From Eledone cirrhosa (Eukaryota), in contig OZ024743.1 of NCBI GenBank assembly GCA_964016885.1, positions 132,742,001 to 132,806,000 on the forward strand: a stretch of 64,000 bases of DNA. The letters are read 5' to 3'. Position 1 is the first letter of the stretch. Each line of letters opens with the position of its first letter. The position numbers and the translations under genes are program-made. Positions 23,901-36,260 of the stretch are shown piece by piece. The notes beneath the pieces were generated by a model. It ran no database searches. It was given only the letters and a program-made list of their open reading frames with translations, and was not told the origin of the DNA.

Positions 23901-26570
23901 CTTGGTGTTTGGTGCTTGGTGCTTGGTGTTTAGTGCTTGGTGCTTAGTGTTTGGTGCTAGGTGCTTGGGGTTTGGTGTTTGGTGCTTGGTGTTTGGTGCT
24001 TGGTGCTTGGTGTTTGGTGCTTGGTGTTTGGTGTTTGCTGTTTGCTGTTTGGTGTTTGTTGTTTGGTGTTTGTTGTTTGGTGTTTGCTGTTTGGTGTTTC
24101 GTGTTTGCTGTTTCGTGTCTGCTTTTTGGTGTTTGGTGTTTGCTGTATGTTGTTTGCTGTTTGGTGTTTGGTGTTTGGTGTTTGGTGCTTGGTGCTTGGT
24201 GTTTGGTGCTTGGTGCTTGGTGTTTGGTGCCTGGTGCTTGGTGCTTGGTGTTTGGTGTTTGGTGTTTGGTGCTTGGTGCTTGGTGCTTGGTGTTTTGTGT
24301 TTGGTGTTTGGGTTTTGGTGCTTGGTGTTTGGTTCTTGGTTCTTAGTGTTTGGTGTTTGGTATTTGGTGTTTGGTGCTTGTTGCTTGGTGTTTTGTGCTT
24401 GGTGCTTGGTGTTTGGTGCCTGGTGCTTGGTGCTTGGTGCTTGGTGTTTGGTGTTTGGTGCTTGGTGCTTGTTGTTTTGGGTTTGGTGTTTGGTTTTTGG
24501 TGATTGGTGCTTGGTGCTTGGTCCTTGGTGTTTGGTGCTGGGTGCTTTGTGTTTGGTGCTTGGTGCTTGGTGTTTGGTGTTTGCTGCTTGGTGTTTGATG
24601 CTTGGTGCTTGGTGCTTGGTGTTTTGTGTTTGGTGCTTGGTGTTTGGTGCTTGGTGCTTGGTGTTTGTACTTGGTGCTTGGTGCTTGGTGCTTGGTGTTT
24701 GGTGTTTGGTGCTTGGTGTTTGGTGCTTGGTGCTTGGTGCTTGGTGTTAGGTGTTGAGTGCTTGGTGCTTGGTGTTTGGTGCTTGGTGTTTGCTGTTTGC
24801 TGTTTGGTGTTTGGTGTTTGGTGTTTGGTGTTTGCTGTTTGGTGTCTGCTTTTTGGTGTTTAGTGTTTGCTGTATGGTGTTTGCTGTTTCGTGTTTGGTG
24901 TTTGTTGTTTGGTGTTTGGTCTTTGGTGCTTGGTGCTTGGTGCTTGGTGCTTGGTGCTTGGTGTTTGGTGTTTGGTGCTTGGTGCTTGGTGTTTGGTGTT
25001 TGTTGTTTGGTGCTTGGTGTCTGGTGCTTGGTGTTTGGTGTTTGGTGCTTGGTGTTTGGTGTTCGGTGTTTGGTGCTTGGTGCTTGGTGTTTGGTGTTCG
25101 GTGTTTGGTGCTTGGTGCTTGGTGTTTGGTGTTTGGTGCTTGGTGTTTGGTGTTTGGTGCTTTTTGCTTGGTGCTTGGTGCTTGGTGTTTGGTGCTTGGT
25201 GCTTGGTGTTTGGTGCTGGGTGCTTGGTGCTTGGTGTTTGACTGCTTGGTGCTTGGTGCTTGGTGTTTGGTGTTTGGTGTTATATGCTTGGTGATTGATG
25301 CTTGGTGCTTGGTGCTTGGTGTTTGGTGTTTGGTGTTTGATGCTTGGTGCTTGGTGCTTGGTGTTTGGTCTTTGGTGCTTGGTGTTTGTACTTGGTGCTT
25401 GGTGCTTGGTGCTTGGTGTTTGGTGCTTGGTGTTTGGTGCTTGGTGCTTGGTGCTTGGTGCTTGGTGTTTGGTGGTTGGTGTTTGGTGCTTGGTGTTAGG
25501 TGTTTGGTGCTTGGTGTTTGGTGTTTGGTGCTTGGTGTTTGGTGCTTGGTACTTGGTGCTTGGTGCTTGGTGTTAGGTGTTTGGTGCTTGGTGCTTGGTG
25601 CTTTGTGTTTGGTGCTTGGTGTTTGGTGCTTGGTGCTTGGTGCTTGGTGCTTGGTGCTTGGTGTTTGGTGGTTGGTGTTTGGTGCTAGGTGCTAGGTGTT
25701 TGGTGCTTGATGCTTGGTGTTTGGTGCTTTTTGCTTGGTGCTTGGTGCTTGGTGTTTGGTGCTTGATGCTTGGTGTTTGGTGCTGGGTGCTTGGTGCTTG
25801 GTGTTTGGTGTTTGGTGATTGGTGCTTGGTGTTTGGTGTTTGGTGTTTGGTGTTATATGCTTGGTGTTTGATGCTTGGTGCTTGGTGCTTGGTGTTTGGT
25901 ACTTGGTGATTGATGCTTGGTGCTTGGTGCTTGGTGTTTGGTGCTTGGTGCTTGGTGTTTGGTGCTTGGTGCTTGGTGTTTGGTGCTTGGTGTTTGGTGC
26001 TTGGTGTTTGGTGATTGGTGCTTGGTGCTTGGTGCTTGGTGCTTGGTGTTTGGTGGTTGGTGCTTGGTGCTTGGTGTTAGGTGTTTGGTGCTTGGTGCTT
26101 GGTGTTTGGTGTTTGGTGCTTGGTGTTTGGTGTTTGGTGCTTGGTGTTTGGTGCTTGGTACTTGGTGCTTGGTGCTTGGTGTTAGGTGTTTGGTGCTTGG
26201 TGCTTGGTGTCTGGTTTTTGGTGCTTGGTGCTTGGTGTTTGGTGTTTGGTGCTTGCTGCTGGCTGCTTGGTGTTTGGTGCTTGGTGATTGGTGCTTGGTG
26301 TTTGGTGCTTGGTGTTTGGTGTTTGGTGCTAGGTGCTTGGTGTTTGGTGCTTGGTGCTTGGTGTTTGTACTTGGTGCTTGGTGCTTGGTTCTTGGTGTTT
26401 GGTGCTTGGTGCTTGGTGTTTGGTGCTTGGTGCTTGGTGTTTGGTGCTTGGTGATTGGTGCTTGGTGTTTGGTGCTTGGTGCTTGGTGCTTGGTGTTTGG
26501 TGCTTGGTGTTTGGTGCTTGGTGTTAGGTCTTTGGTGCTTGGTGTTTGGTGTTTGGTGCTTGGTGTTTGA
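20970..26570 (+). repeat. ~3.27-kb periodicity: ~20970-23300 is repeated at ~24240-26570
   Basis: ORF pairs 21484/24751, 21600/24867, 22233/25500 (+3267) and 22643/25917, 23059/26333, 23181/26455 (+3274). Confidence 0.85.
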
Positions 26571-28760
26571 TGCTTGGTGCTTGGTGCTTGGTGTTTGGTG
26601 CTTGGTGCTTGATGCTTGGTGCTTGGTTCTTGGTGTTTGGTGCTTGGTGCTTGGTGTTTGTACTTGGTGCTTGGTGCTTGGTTCTTGGTGTTTGGTGCTT
26701 GGTGCTTGGTGTTTGGTGCTTGGTGCTTGGTGTTTGGTGCTTAGTGTTTGGTGCTTGGTGCTTGGTGCTTGGTGCTTGGTGTTTGGTGCTTGGTGTTTGG
26801 TGCTTGGTGTTTGGTGCTTGGTGTTTGGTGTTTGTTGCTTGGTGCTTGGTGTTTGGTGTTTGGTGCTTGGTGTTTGGTGCTTGGTGTTTGGTGTTAGGTG
26901 TTTGGTGCTTGGTGTTTGGTGTTTGGTGCTTGGTGTTTGGTGCTTGGTGCTTGGTGTTTGGTGCTTGGTACTTGGTGCTTGGTGCTTGGTGTTAGGTGTT
27001 TGGTGCTTGGTGCTTGGTGTTTGGTTTTTGGTGCTTGGTGTTTGGTGTTTGGTGCTTGCTGCTGGCTGCTTGGTGTTTGATGCTTGGTGATTGGTGCTTG
27101 GTGTTTGGTGCTTGGTGTTTGGTGTTTGGTGCTAGGTGCCTGGTGTTTGGTGCTTGGTGCTTGGTGCTTGGTGTTTGGTGTTTGGTGTTTGGTGCTTGGT
27201 GCTTGGTGTTTGGTGCTTGGTGCTGGGTGGTTGGTGTTTAGTGCTTGGTGTTTGGTGTTTGGTGCTTGGTGCTTGGTGTTTGGTGCTTGGTGTTTAGTGT
27301 TTGGTGCTTGGTGCTTAGTGTTTGGTGCTAGGTGCTTGGTGTTTGGTGCTTGGTGCTTGGTGTTTGGTGCCTGGTGCTTGGTGTTTGGTGTTTGGTGTTT
27401 GGTGCTTGGTGCTTGGTGTTTGGTGTTTGCTGTTTGCTGTTTGGTGTTTGGTGTTTGGTGTTTGTTGTTTGGTGTTTGCTGTTTGGTGTTTGGTGTTTGC
27501 TTTTTGGTGTTTGGTGTTTGCTGTATGTTGTTTGCTATTTGGTGTTTGGTGTTTGGTGTTTGGTGCTTGTTGCTTGGTGTTTGGTGCTTGGTGCTTGGTG
27601 TTTGGTTCCTGGTGCTTGGTGCTTGGTGCTTGGTGTTTGGTGTTTGGTGCTTGGTGCTTGGAGTTTGGTGCTTGGTGCTTGGTGCTTGGTGTTTTGTGTT
27701 TCGTGTTTGGTTTTTGGTGCTTGGTGCTTGGTGCTTGGTCGTTGGTGTTTGGTGCTGGGTGCTTTGTCTTTGGTGCTTGGTGCTTGGTGCTTGGTGTTTG
27801 GTGTTTGCTGCTTGGTGTTTGATGCTTGGTGCTTGGTGCTTGGTGTTTTGTGTTTGGTGCTTGGTGTTTGGTGCTTGGTGCTTGGTGTTTGTACTTGGTG
27901 CTTGGTGCTTGGTGTTTGGTTCTTGGTTCTTGGTGTTTGGTGTTTGGCGATTGGTGTTTGGTGCTTGGTGCTTGGTGTTTGGTGCCTGGTGCTTGGTGCT
28001 TGTTGCTTGGTGTTTGGTGTTTGGTGCTTGGTGCTTGGAGTTTGGTGTTTGGTGCTTGGTGCTTGGTGTTTTGTGTTTGGTGCTTGGTGTTTGATGCTTG
28101 GTGCTTGGTGCTTGGTGTTTTGTGTTTGGTGCTTGGTTCTTGGTGTTTGGTGCTTGGTGCTTGGTGCTTGGTGTTTGTACTTGGTGCTTGGTGCTTGGTA
28201 TTTGGTTCTTGGTTCTTGGTGTTTGGTACTTGGTGCTTGGTGCTTGGTGCTTGATGTTTGGTGTTTGGTGGTTGGTGTTTGGTGCTTGGTGCTTGGAGCT
28301 TGGTGTTAGGTGTTTGGTGCTTGGTCCTTGGTGTTTGGTGCTTGGTCTTTGGTGTTTGCTGTCTGCTTTTTGGTGTTTAGTGTTTGCTGTATGGTGTTTG
28401 GTGTTTGCTGTTTGGTGTTTGTTCTTTGGTGCTTGGTGCTTGGTGTTTGGTGTTTGGTGCTTGGTGCTTGGTGTTTGGTGTTATATGCTTGGTGTTTGAT
28501 GCTTGGTGCTTGGTGCTTGGTGTTTGGTGTTTGGTGTTTGTACTTGGTGCTTGGTGCTTGGTGCTGGGTGTTTGGTGCTTGGTGTTTGGTGCTTGGTGCT
28601 TGGTGCTTGGTGCTTGGTGCTTGGTGTTTGGTGGTTGGTGTTTGGTGCTTGGTGTTAGGTGTTTGGTGATTGGTGCTTGGTGTTTGGTGTTTGGTGCTTG
28701 GTGTTTGGTGTTTGGTTCTTGGTGTTTGGTGCTTGGTACTTGGTGCTTGGTGCTTGTTGT

Positions 28761-30630
28761 TAGGTGTTTGGTGCTTGGTGTTTGGTGCTTGGTGTTTGGT
28801 GCTTGGTGCTTGGTGCTTGGTGCTTGGTGTTTGGTGGTTGGTGTTTGGTGCTTGGTGTTAGGTGTTTGGTGCTTGGTGCTTGGTGTTTGGTGTTTGGTGC
28901 TTGGTGTTTGGTGTTTGGTGCTTGGTGTTTGGTGCTTTTTGCTTGGTGCTTGGTGCTTGGTGTTTGGTGCTTGGTGCTTGGTGTTTGGTGTTTGGTGCTG
29001 GGTGCTTGGTGTTTGGTGTTTGGTGTTATATGCTTGGTGTTTGATGCTTGGTGCTTGGTGCTTGGTGTTTGGTGTTTGGTGCTTGGTGTTTGATGCTTGG
29101 TGCTTGGTGCTTGGTGTTTGGTGCTTGGTGCTTGGTGTTTGGTGCTTGGTGCTTGGTGTTTGGTGCTTGGTGTTTGGTGCTTGGTGTTTGGTGCTTGGTC
29201 CTTGGTGCTTGGTGCTTGGTGTTTGGTGGTTGGTGCTTGGTGCTTGGTGTTAGGTGTTTGGTGCTTGGTGCTTGGTGTTTGGTGTTTGGTACTTGGTGTT
29301 TGGTGTTTGGTGCTTGGTGTTTGGTGCTTGGTACTTGGTGCTTGGTGCTTGGTGTTAGGTGTTTGGTGCTTGGTGTTTGGTGTCTGGTTTTTGGTGCTTG
29401 GTGCTTGGTGTTTGGTGCTTGCTGCTGGCTGCTTGGTGTTTGGTGCTTGGTGATTGGTGCCTGGTGTTTGGTGCTTGGTGTTTGGTGTTTGGTGCTAGGT
29501 GCTTGGTGTTTGGTGCTTGGTGCTTGGTGTTTGTACTTGGTGCTTGGTGCTTGGTTCTTGGTGTTTGGTGCTTGGTGCTTGGTGTTTGGTGCTTGGTGCT
29601 TGGTGTTTGGTGCTTGGTGTTTGGTGCTTGGTGTTTGGTGTTTGGTGCTTGGTGCTTGGTGTTTGGTGCTTGGTGTTTGGTGCTTGGTGTTAGGTGTTTG
29701 GTGCTTGGTGTTTGGTGCTTGGTGTTTGGTGCTTGGTGCTTGGTGCTTGGTGCTTGGTGTTTGGTGGTTGGTGTTTGGTGCTTGGTGTTAGGTGTTTGGT
29801 GCTTGGTGCTTGGTATTTGGTGTTTGGTGCTTGGTGTTTGGTGTTTGGTGCTTGGTGTTTGGTGCTTTTTGCTTGGTGCTTGGTGCTTGGTGTTTGGTGC
29901 TTGGTGCTTGGTGTTTGGTGTTTGGTGCTGGGTGCTTGGTGTTTGGTGTTTGGTGTTATATGCTTGGTGTTTGATGCTTGGTGCTTGGTGCTTGGTGTTT
30001 GGTGTTTGGTGCTTGGTGTTTGATGCTTGGTGCTTGGTGCTTGGTGTTTGGTGCTTGGTGCTTGGTGTTTGGTGCTTGGTGCTTGGTGTTTGGTGCTTGG
30101 TGTTTGGTGCTTGGTGTTTGGTGCTTGGTCCTTGGTGCTTGGTGCTTGGTGTTTGGTGGTTGGTGCTTGGTGCTTGGTGTTAGGTGTTTGGTGCTTGGTG
30201 CTTGGTGTTTGGTGTTTGGTGCTTGGTGTTTGGTGTTTGGTGCTTGGTGTTTGGTGCTTGGTACTTGGTGCTTGGTGCTTGGTGTTAGGTGTTTGGTGCT
30301 TGGTGTTTGGTGTCTGGTTTTTGGTGCTTGGTGCTTGGTGTTTGGTGCTTGCTGCTGGCTGCTTGGTGTTTGGTGCTTGGTGATTGGTGCCTGATGTTTG
30401 GTGCTTGGTGTTTGGTGTTTGGTGCTAGGTGCTTGGTGTTTGGTGCTTGGTGCTTGGTGTTTGTACTTGGTGCTTGGTGCTTGGTTCTTGGTGTTTGGTG
30501 CTTGGTGCTTGGTGTTTGGTGCTTGGTGCTTGGTGTTTGGTGCTTGGTGTTTGGTGCTTGGTGTTTGGTGTTTGGTGCTTGGTGCTTGGTGTTTGGTGCT
30601 TGGTGTTTGGTGCTTGGTGTTAGGTGTTTG
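28761..30630 (+). repeat. 930-bp tandem higher-order repeat (132 heptamers + one TTGTAC), 2 copies
   Basis: TAGGTGT at 28761, 29691 and 30621. ORF pairs 28764/29694, 28862/29792, 29048/29978, 29359/30289 and 29499/30429. Confidence 0.92.
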
Positions 30631-32549
30631 GTGCTTGGTGCTTGGTGTTTGGTGCTTGGTGTTTGATGCTTGGTGCTTTGTGCTTGGTGTTTGGTGCTTG
30701 GTGCTTGGTTTTTGTACTTGGTGCTTGGTGCTTGGTTCTTGGTGTTTGGTGCTTGGTGCTTGGTGTTTGGTGTTTGGTGCTTGGTGTTTGGTGCTTGGTG
30801 TTTGGTGCTTGGTGCTTGGTGTTTGGTGCTTGGTGCTGGGTGGTTGGTGTTTAGTGCTTGGTGTTTGGTGCTGGGTGCTTGGTGTTTGGTGCTTGGTGTT
30901 TGGTGTTTGGTGCTTGGTGCTTGGTGTTTGGTGCTTGGTGTTTAGTGTTTGGTGCTTGGTGCTTAGTGTTTGGTGCTAGGTGCTTGGTGTTTGGTGCTTG
31001 GTGCTTGGTGTTTGGTGCCTGGTGCTTGGTGTTTGGTGTTTGGTGTTTGGTGCTTGGTGCTTGGTGTTTGGTGTTTGCTGTTTGCTGTTTGGTGTTTGCT
31101 TTTTGGTGTTTGGTGTTTGCTGTATGTTGTTTGCTGTTTGGGGTTTGGTGTTTGGTGTTTGGTGCTTGTTGCTTGGTGTTTGGTGCTTGGTGCTTGGTGT
31201 TTGGTTCCTGGTGCTTGGTGCTTGGTGCTTGGTGTTTGGTGTTTGGTGCTTGGTGCTTGGAGTTTTGTGTTTGGTGCTTGGTGCTTGGTGTTTTGTGTTT
31301 CGTGTTTGGTTTTTGGTGCTTGGTGCTTGGTGCTTGGTCCTTGGTGTTTGGTGTTTGGTGTTTGATGCTTGGTGTTTGGTGCTTGGTGTTTTGTGTTTGG
31401 TGCTTGGTGTTTGGTGCTTGGTGTTTGTACTTGGTGCTTGGTGCTTGGTGTTTGGTTCTTGGTTCTTGGTGTTTGGTGTTTGGCGATTGGTGTTTGGTGC
31501 TTGGTGCTTGGTGTTTGGTCTTTGGTGCTTGGTGTTTGGTGCTTGGTGCTTGGTGTTTGGTGTTTGGTGCTTGGTGCTTGGTGTTTGGTGTTATTTGCTT
31601 GGTGTTTGATGCTTGGTGCTTGGTGCTTGGTGTTTGGTGTTTGGTGTTTGTACTTGGTGCTTGTTGCTTGGTGCTTGGTGTTTGGTGCTTGGTGTTTGGT
31701 GCTTGGTGCTTGGTGCTTCGTGCTTGGTGCTTGGTGTTTGGTGGTTGGTGTCTGGTGCTTGGTGTTAGGTGTTTGGTGCTTGGTGCTTGGTGTTTGGTGT
31801 TTGGTGCTTGGTGTTTGGTGTTTGGTGCTTGGTGTTTGGTGCTTGGTACTTGGTGCTTGGTGCTTGGTGTTAGGTGTTTGGTGCTTGGTGTTTGGTGCTT
31901 GGTGTTTGGTGCTTCGTGCTTGGTGCTTGGTGCTTGGTGTTTGGTGGTTGGTGTTTGGTGCTTGGTGTTAGGTGTTTGGTGCTTGGTGCTTGGTGTTTGG
32001 TGTTTGGTGCTTGGTGTTTGGTGTTTGGTGCTTGGTGTTTGGTGCTTTTTGCTTGGTGCTTGGTGTTTGGTGTTTGGTGCTTGGTGTTTGGTGTTTGGAG
32101 CTTGGTGTTTGGTGCTTTTTGCTTGGTGCTTGGTGCTTGGTGTTTGGTGCTTGGTGCTTGGTGTTTGGTGTTGGGTGCTTGGTGTTTGGTGTTTGGTGTT
32201 ATATGCTTGGTGTTTGATGCTTGGTGCTTGGTGCTTGGTGTTTGGTGTTTGGTGCTTGGTGTTTGATGCTTGGTGCTTGGTGCTTGGTGTTTGGTGCTTG
32301 GTGCTTGGTGTTTGGTGCTTGGTGCTTGGTGTTTGGTGCTAGGTGTTTGGTGCTTGGTGTTTGGTGCTTGGTGCTTGGTGCTTGGTGCTTGGTGTTTGGT
32401 GGTTGGTGCTTGGTGCTTGGTGTTTGGTGTTTGGTGCTTGGTGTTTGGTGCTTGGTACTTGGTGCTTGGTGCTTGGTGTTAGGTGTTTGGTGCTTGGTGT
32501 TTGGTGTCTGGTTTTTGGTGCTTGGTGCTTGGTGTTTGGTGCTTGCTGC

Positions 32550-35500
32550 TGGCTGCTTGGTGTTTGGTGCTTGGTGATTGGTGCCTGGTGTTTGGTGCTT
32601 GGTGTTTGGTGTTTGGTGCTAGGTGCTTGGTGTTTGGTGCTTGGTGCTTGGTGTTTGTACTTGGTGCTTGGTGCTTGGTTCTTGGTGTTTGGTGCTTGGT
32701 GCTTGGTGTTTGGTGCTTGGTGCTTGGTGTTTGGTGCTTGGTGTTTGGTGCTTGGTGTTTGGTGCTTGGTGTTTGGTGTTTGGTGCTTGGTGCTTGGTGT
32801 TTGGTGCTTGGTGTTTAGTGTTTGGTGCTTGGTGCTTAGTGTTTGGTGCTAGGTGCTTGGTGTTTGGTGCTTGGTGCTTGGTGTTTGGTGCCTGGTGCTT
32901 GGTGTTTGGTGTTTGGTGTTTGGTGCTTGGTGCTTGGTGTTTGGTGTTTGCTGTTTGCTGTTTGGTGTTTGGTGTTTGGTGTTTGTTGTTTGGTGTTAGC
33001 TGTTTGGTGTTTGGTGTTTACTTTTTGGTGTTTGGTGTTTGCTGTATGTTGTTTGCTGTTTGGTGTTTGGTGTTTGGTGTTTGGTGCTTGTTGCTTGGTG
33101 TTTGGTGCTTGGTGCTTGGTGTTTGGTTCCTGGTGCTTGGTGCTTGGTGCTTGGTGTTTGGTGTTTGGTGCTTGGTGCTTGGAGTTTTGTGTTTGGTGCT
33201 TGGTGCTTGGTGTTTTGTGTTTCGTGTTTGGTTTTTGGTGCTTGGTGCTTGGTGCTTGGTCCTTGGTGTTTGGTGCTGGGTGCTTTGTGTTTGGTGCTTG
33301 GTGCTTGGTGCTTGGTGTTTGGTGTTTGCTGCTTGGTGTTTGATGCTTGGTGCTTGGTGTTTTGTGTTTGGTGCTTGGTGTTTGGTGCTTGGTGCTTGGT
33401 GTTTGTACTTGGTGCTTGGTGCTTGGTGTTTGGTTCTTGGTTCTTGGTGTTTGGCGTTTGGCAATTGGTGTTTGGTGCTTGGTGCTTGGTGTTTGGTGCC
33501 TGGTGCTTGGTGCTTGGTGCTTGGTGTTTCGTGTTTGGTGCTTGGTGCTTGGAGTTTGGTGTTTGGTGCTTGGTGCTTGGTGTTTTGTGTTTGGTGCTTG
33601 GTGTTTGATGCTTGGTGCTTGGTGCTTGGTGTTTTGTGTTTGGTGCTTGGTTCTTGGTGTTTGGTGCTTGGTGCTTGGTGCTTGGTGTTTGTACTTGGTG
33701 CTTGGTGCTTGGTGTTTGGTTCTTGGTTCTTGGTGTTTGGTACTTGGTGCTTGGTGCTTGGTGCTTGATGTTTGGTGTTTGGTGGTTGGTGTTTGGTGCT
33801 TGGTGCTTGGTGCTTGGTGTTAGGTGTTTGGTGCTTGGTCCTTGGTGTTTGGTGCTTGGTGTTTGGTGTTTGCTGTCTGCTTTTTGGTGTTTAGTGTTTG
33901 CTGTATGGTGTTTGGTGTTTGCTGTTTGGTGTTTGGTCTTTGGTGCTTGGTGTTTGGTGCTTGGTGCTTGGTGTTTGGTGTTTGGTGCTTGGTGCTTGGT
34001 GTTTGGTGTTATACGCTTGGTGTTTGATGCTTGGTGCTTTGTGCTTGGTGTTTGGTGTTTGGTGTTTGTACTTGGTGCTTGGTGCTTGGTGCTTGGTGTT
34101 TGGTGCTTGGTGTTTGGTGCTTGGTGCTTGGTGCTTGGTGCTTGGTGCTTGGTGTTTGGTGGTTGGTGTTTGGTGCTTGGTGTTAGGTGTTTGGTGCTGG
34201 CTGCTTGGTGTTTGGTGCTTGGTGATTGGTGCCTGGTGTTTGGTGCTTGGTGTTTGGTGTTTGGTGCTAGGTGCTTGGTGTTTGGTGCTTGGTGCTTGGT
34301 GTTTGTACTTGGTGCTTGGTGCTTGGTTCTTGGTGTTTGGTGCTTGGTGCTTGGTGTTTGGTGCTTGGTGCTTGGTGTTTGGTGCTTGGTGTTTGGTGCT
34401 TGGTGTTTGGTGCTTGGTGTTTGGTGTTTGGTGCTTGGTGCTTGGTGTTTGGTGCTTGGTGTTTAGTGTTTGGTGCTTGGTGCTTAGTGTTTGGTGCTAG
34501 GTGCTTGGTGTTTGGTGCTTGGTGCTTGGTGTTTGGTGCCTGGTGCTTGGTGTTTGGTGTTTGGTGTTTGGTGCTTGGTGCTTGGTGTTTGGTGTTTGCT
34601 GTTTGCTGTTTGGTGTTTGGTGTTTGGTGTTTGTTGTTTGGTGTTAGCTGTTTGGTGTTTGGTGTTTACTTTTTGGTGTTTGGTGTTTGCTGTATGTTGT
34701 TTGCTGTTTGGTGTTTGGTGTTTGGTGTTTGGTGCTTGTTGCTTGGTGTTTGGTGCTTGGTGCTTGGTGTTTGGTTCCTGGTGCTTGGTGCTTGGTGCTT
34801 GGTGTTTGGTGTTTGGTGCTTGGTGCTTGGAGTTTTGTGTTTGGTGCTTGGTGCTTGGTGTTTTGTGTTTCGTGTTTGGTTTTTGGTGCTTGGTGCTTGG
34901 TGCTTGGTCCTTGGTGTTTGGTGCTGGGTGCTTTGTGTTTGGTGCTTGGTGCTTGGTGCTTGGTGTTTGGTGTTTGCTGCTTGGTGTTTGATGCTTGGTG
35001 CTTGGTGTTTTGTGTTTGGTGCTTGGTGTTTGGTGCTTGGTGCTTGGTGTTTGTACTTGGTGCTTGGTGCTTGGTGTTTGGTTCTTGGTTCTTGGTGTTT
35101 GGCGTTTGGCAATTGGTGTTTGGTGCTTGGTGCTTGGTGTTTGGTGCCTGGTGCTTGGTGCTTGGTGCTTGGTGTTTCGTGTTTGGTGCTTGGTGCTTGG
35201 AGTTTGGTGTTTGGTGCTTGGTGCTTGGTGTTTTGTGTTTGGTGCTTGGTGTTTGATGCTTGGTGCTTGGTGCTTGGTGTTTTGTGTTTGGTGCTTGGTT
35301 CTTGGTGTTTGGTGCTTGGTGCTTGGTGCTTGGTGTTTGTACTTGGTGCTTGGTGCTTGGTGTTTGGTTCTTGGTTCTTGGTGTTTGGTACTTGGTGCTT
35401 GGTGCTTGGTGCTTGATGTTTGGTGTTTGGTGGTTGGTGTTTGGTGCTTGGTGCTTGGTGCTTGGTGTTAGGTGTTTGGTGCTTGGTCCTTGGTGTTTGG

Positions 35501-35845
35501 TGCTTGGTGTTTGGTGTTTGCTGTCTGCTTTTTGGTGTTTAGTGTTTGCTGTATGGTGTTTGGTGTTTGCTGTTTGGTGTTTGGTCTTTGGTGCTTGGTG
35601 TTTGGTGCTTGGTGCTTGGTGTTTGGTGTTTGGTGCTTGGTGCTTGGTGTTTGGTGTTATACGCTTGGTGTTTGATGCTTGGTGCTTTGTGCTTGGTGTT
35701 TGGTGTTTGGTGTTTGTACTTGGTGCTTGGTGCTTGGTGCTTGGTGTTTGGTGCTTGGTGTTTGGTGCTTGGTGCTTGGTGCTTGGTGCTTGGTGCTTGG
35801 TGTTTGGTGGTTGGTGTTTGGTGCTTGGTGTTAGGTGTTTGGTGC
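32550..35845 (+). repeat. 1648-bp tandem duplication, 2 essentially identical copies, with a diverged third partial copy at ~36800-38180
   Basis: Identical ORF translations at 32623/34271, 32843/34491, 33018/34666, 33347/34995 and 33824/35472. The private marker TTGGCGT TTGGCAA occurs at 33451 and 35099. The third copy is supported by 36902, 37406 and 37887. Confidence 0.93.
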
Positions 35846-36260
35846 TTGGTGCTTGGTGTTTGGTGTTTGGTGCTTGGTGTTTGGTGTTTGGTGCTTGGTG
35901 TTTGGTGCTTGGTACTTGGTGCTTGGTGCTTGGTGTTAGGTGTTTGGTGCTTGGTGTTTGGTGCTTGGTGTTTGGTGCTTGGTGCTTGGTGCTTGGTGCT
36001 TGGTGCTTGGTGTTTGGTGTTATACGCTTGGTGTTTGATGCTTGGTGCTTTGTGCTTGGTGTTTGGTGTTTGGTGTTTGTACTTGGTGCTTGGTGCTTGG
36101 TGCTTGGTGTTTGGTGCTTGGTGTTTGGTGCTTGGTGCTTGGTGCTTGGTGCTTGGTGCTTGGTGTTTGGTGGTTGGTGTTTGGTGCTTGGTGTTAGGTG
36201 TTTGGTGCTTGGTGCTTGGTGTTTGGTGTTTGGTGCTTGGTGTTTGGTGTTTGGTGTTTG
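35635..36260 (+). repeat. 363-bp local duplication
   Basis: The rare unit TATACGC occurs at 35658 and 36021, each followed by the same TTGATGC, TTTGTGC, TTGTAC, TTGGTGG, TAGGTGT series. Confidence 0.8.
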
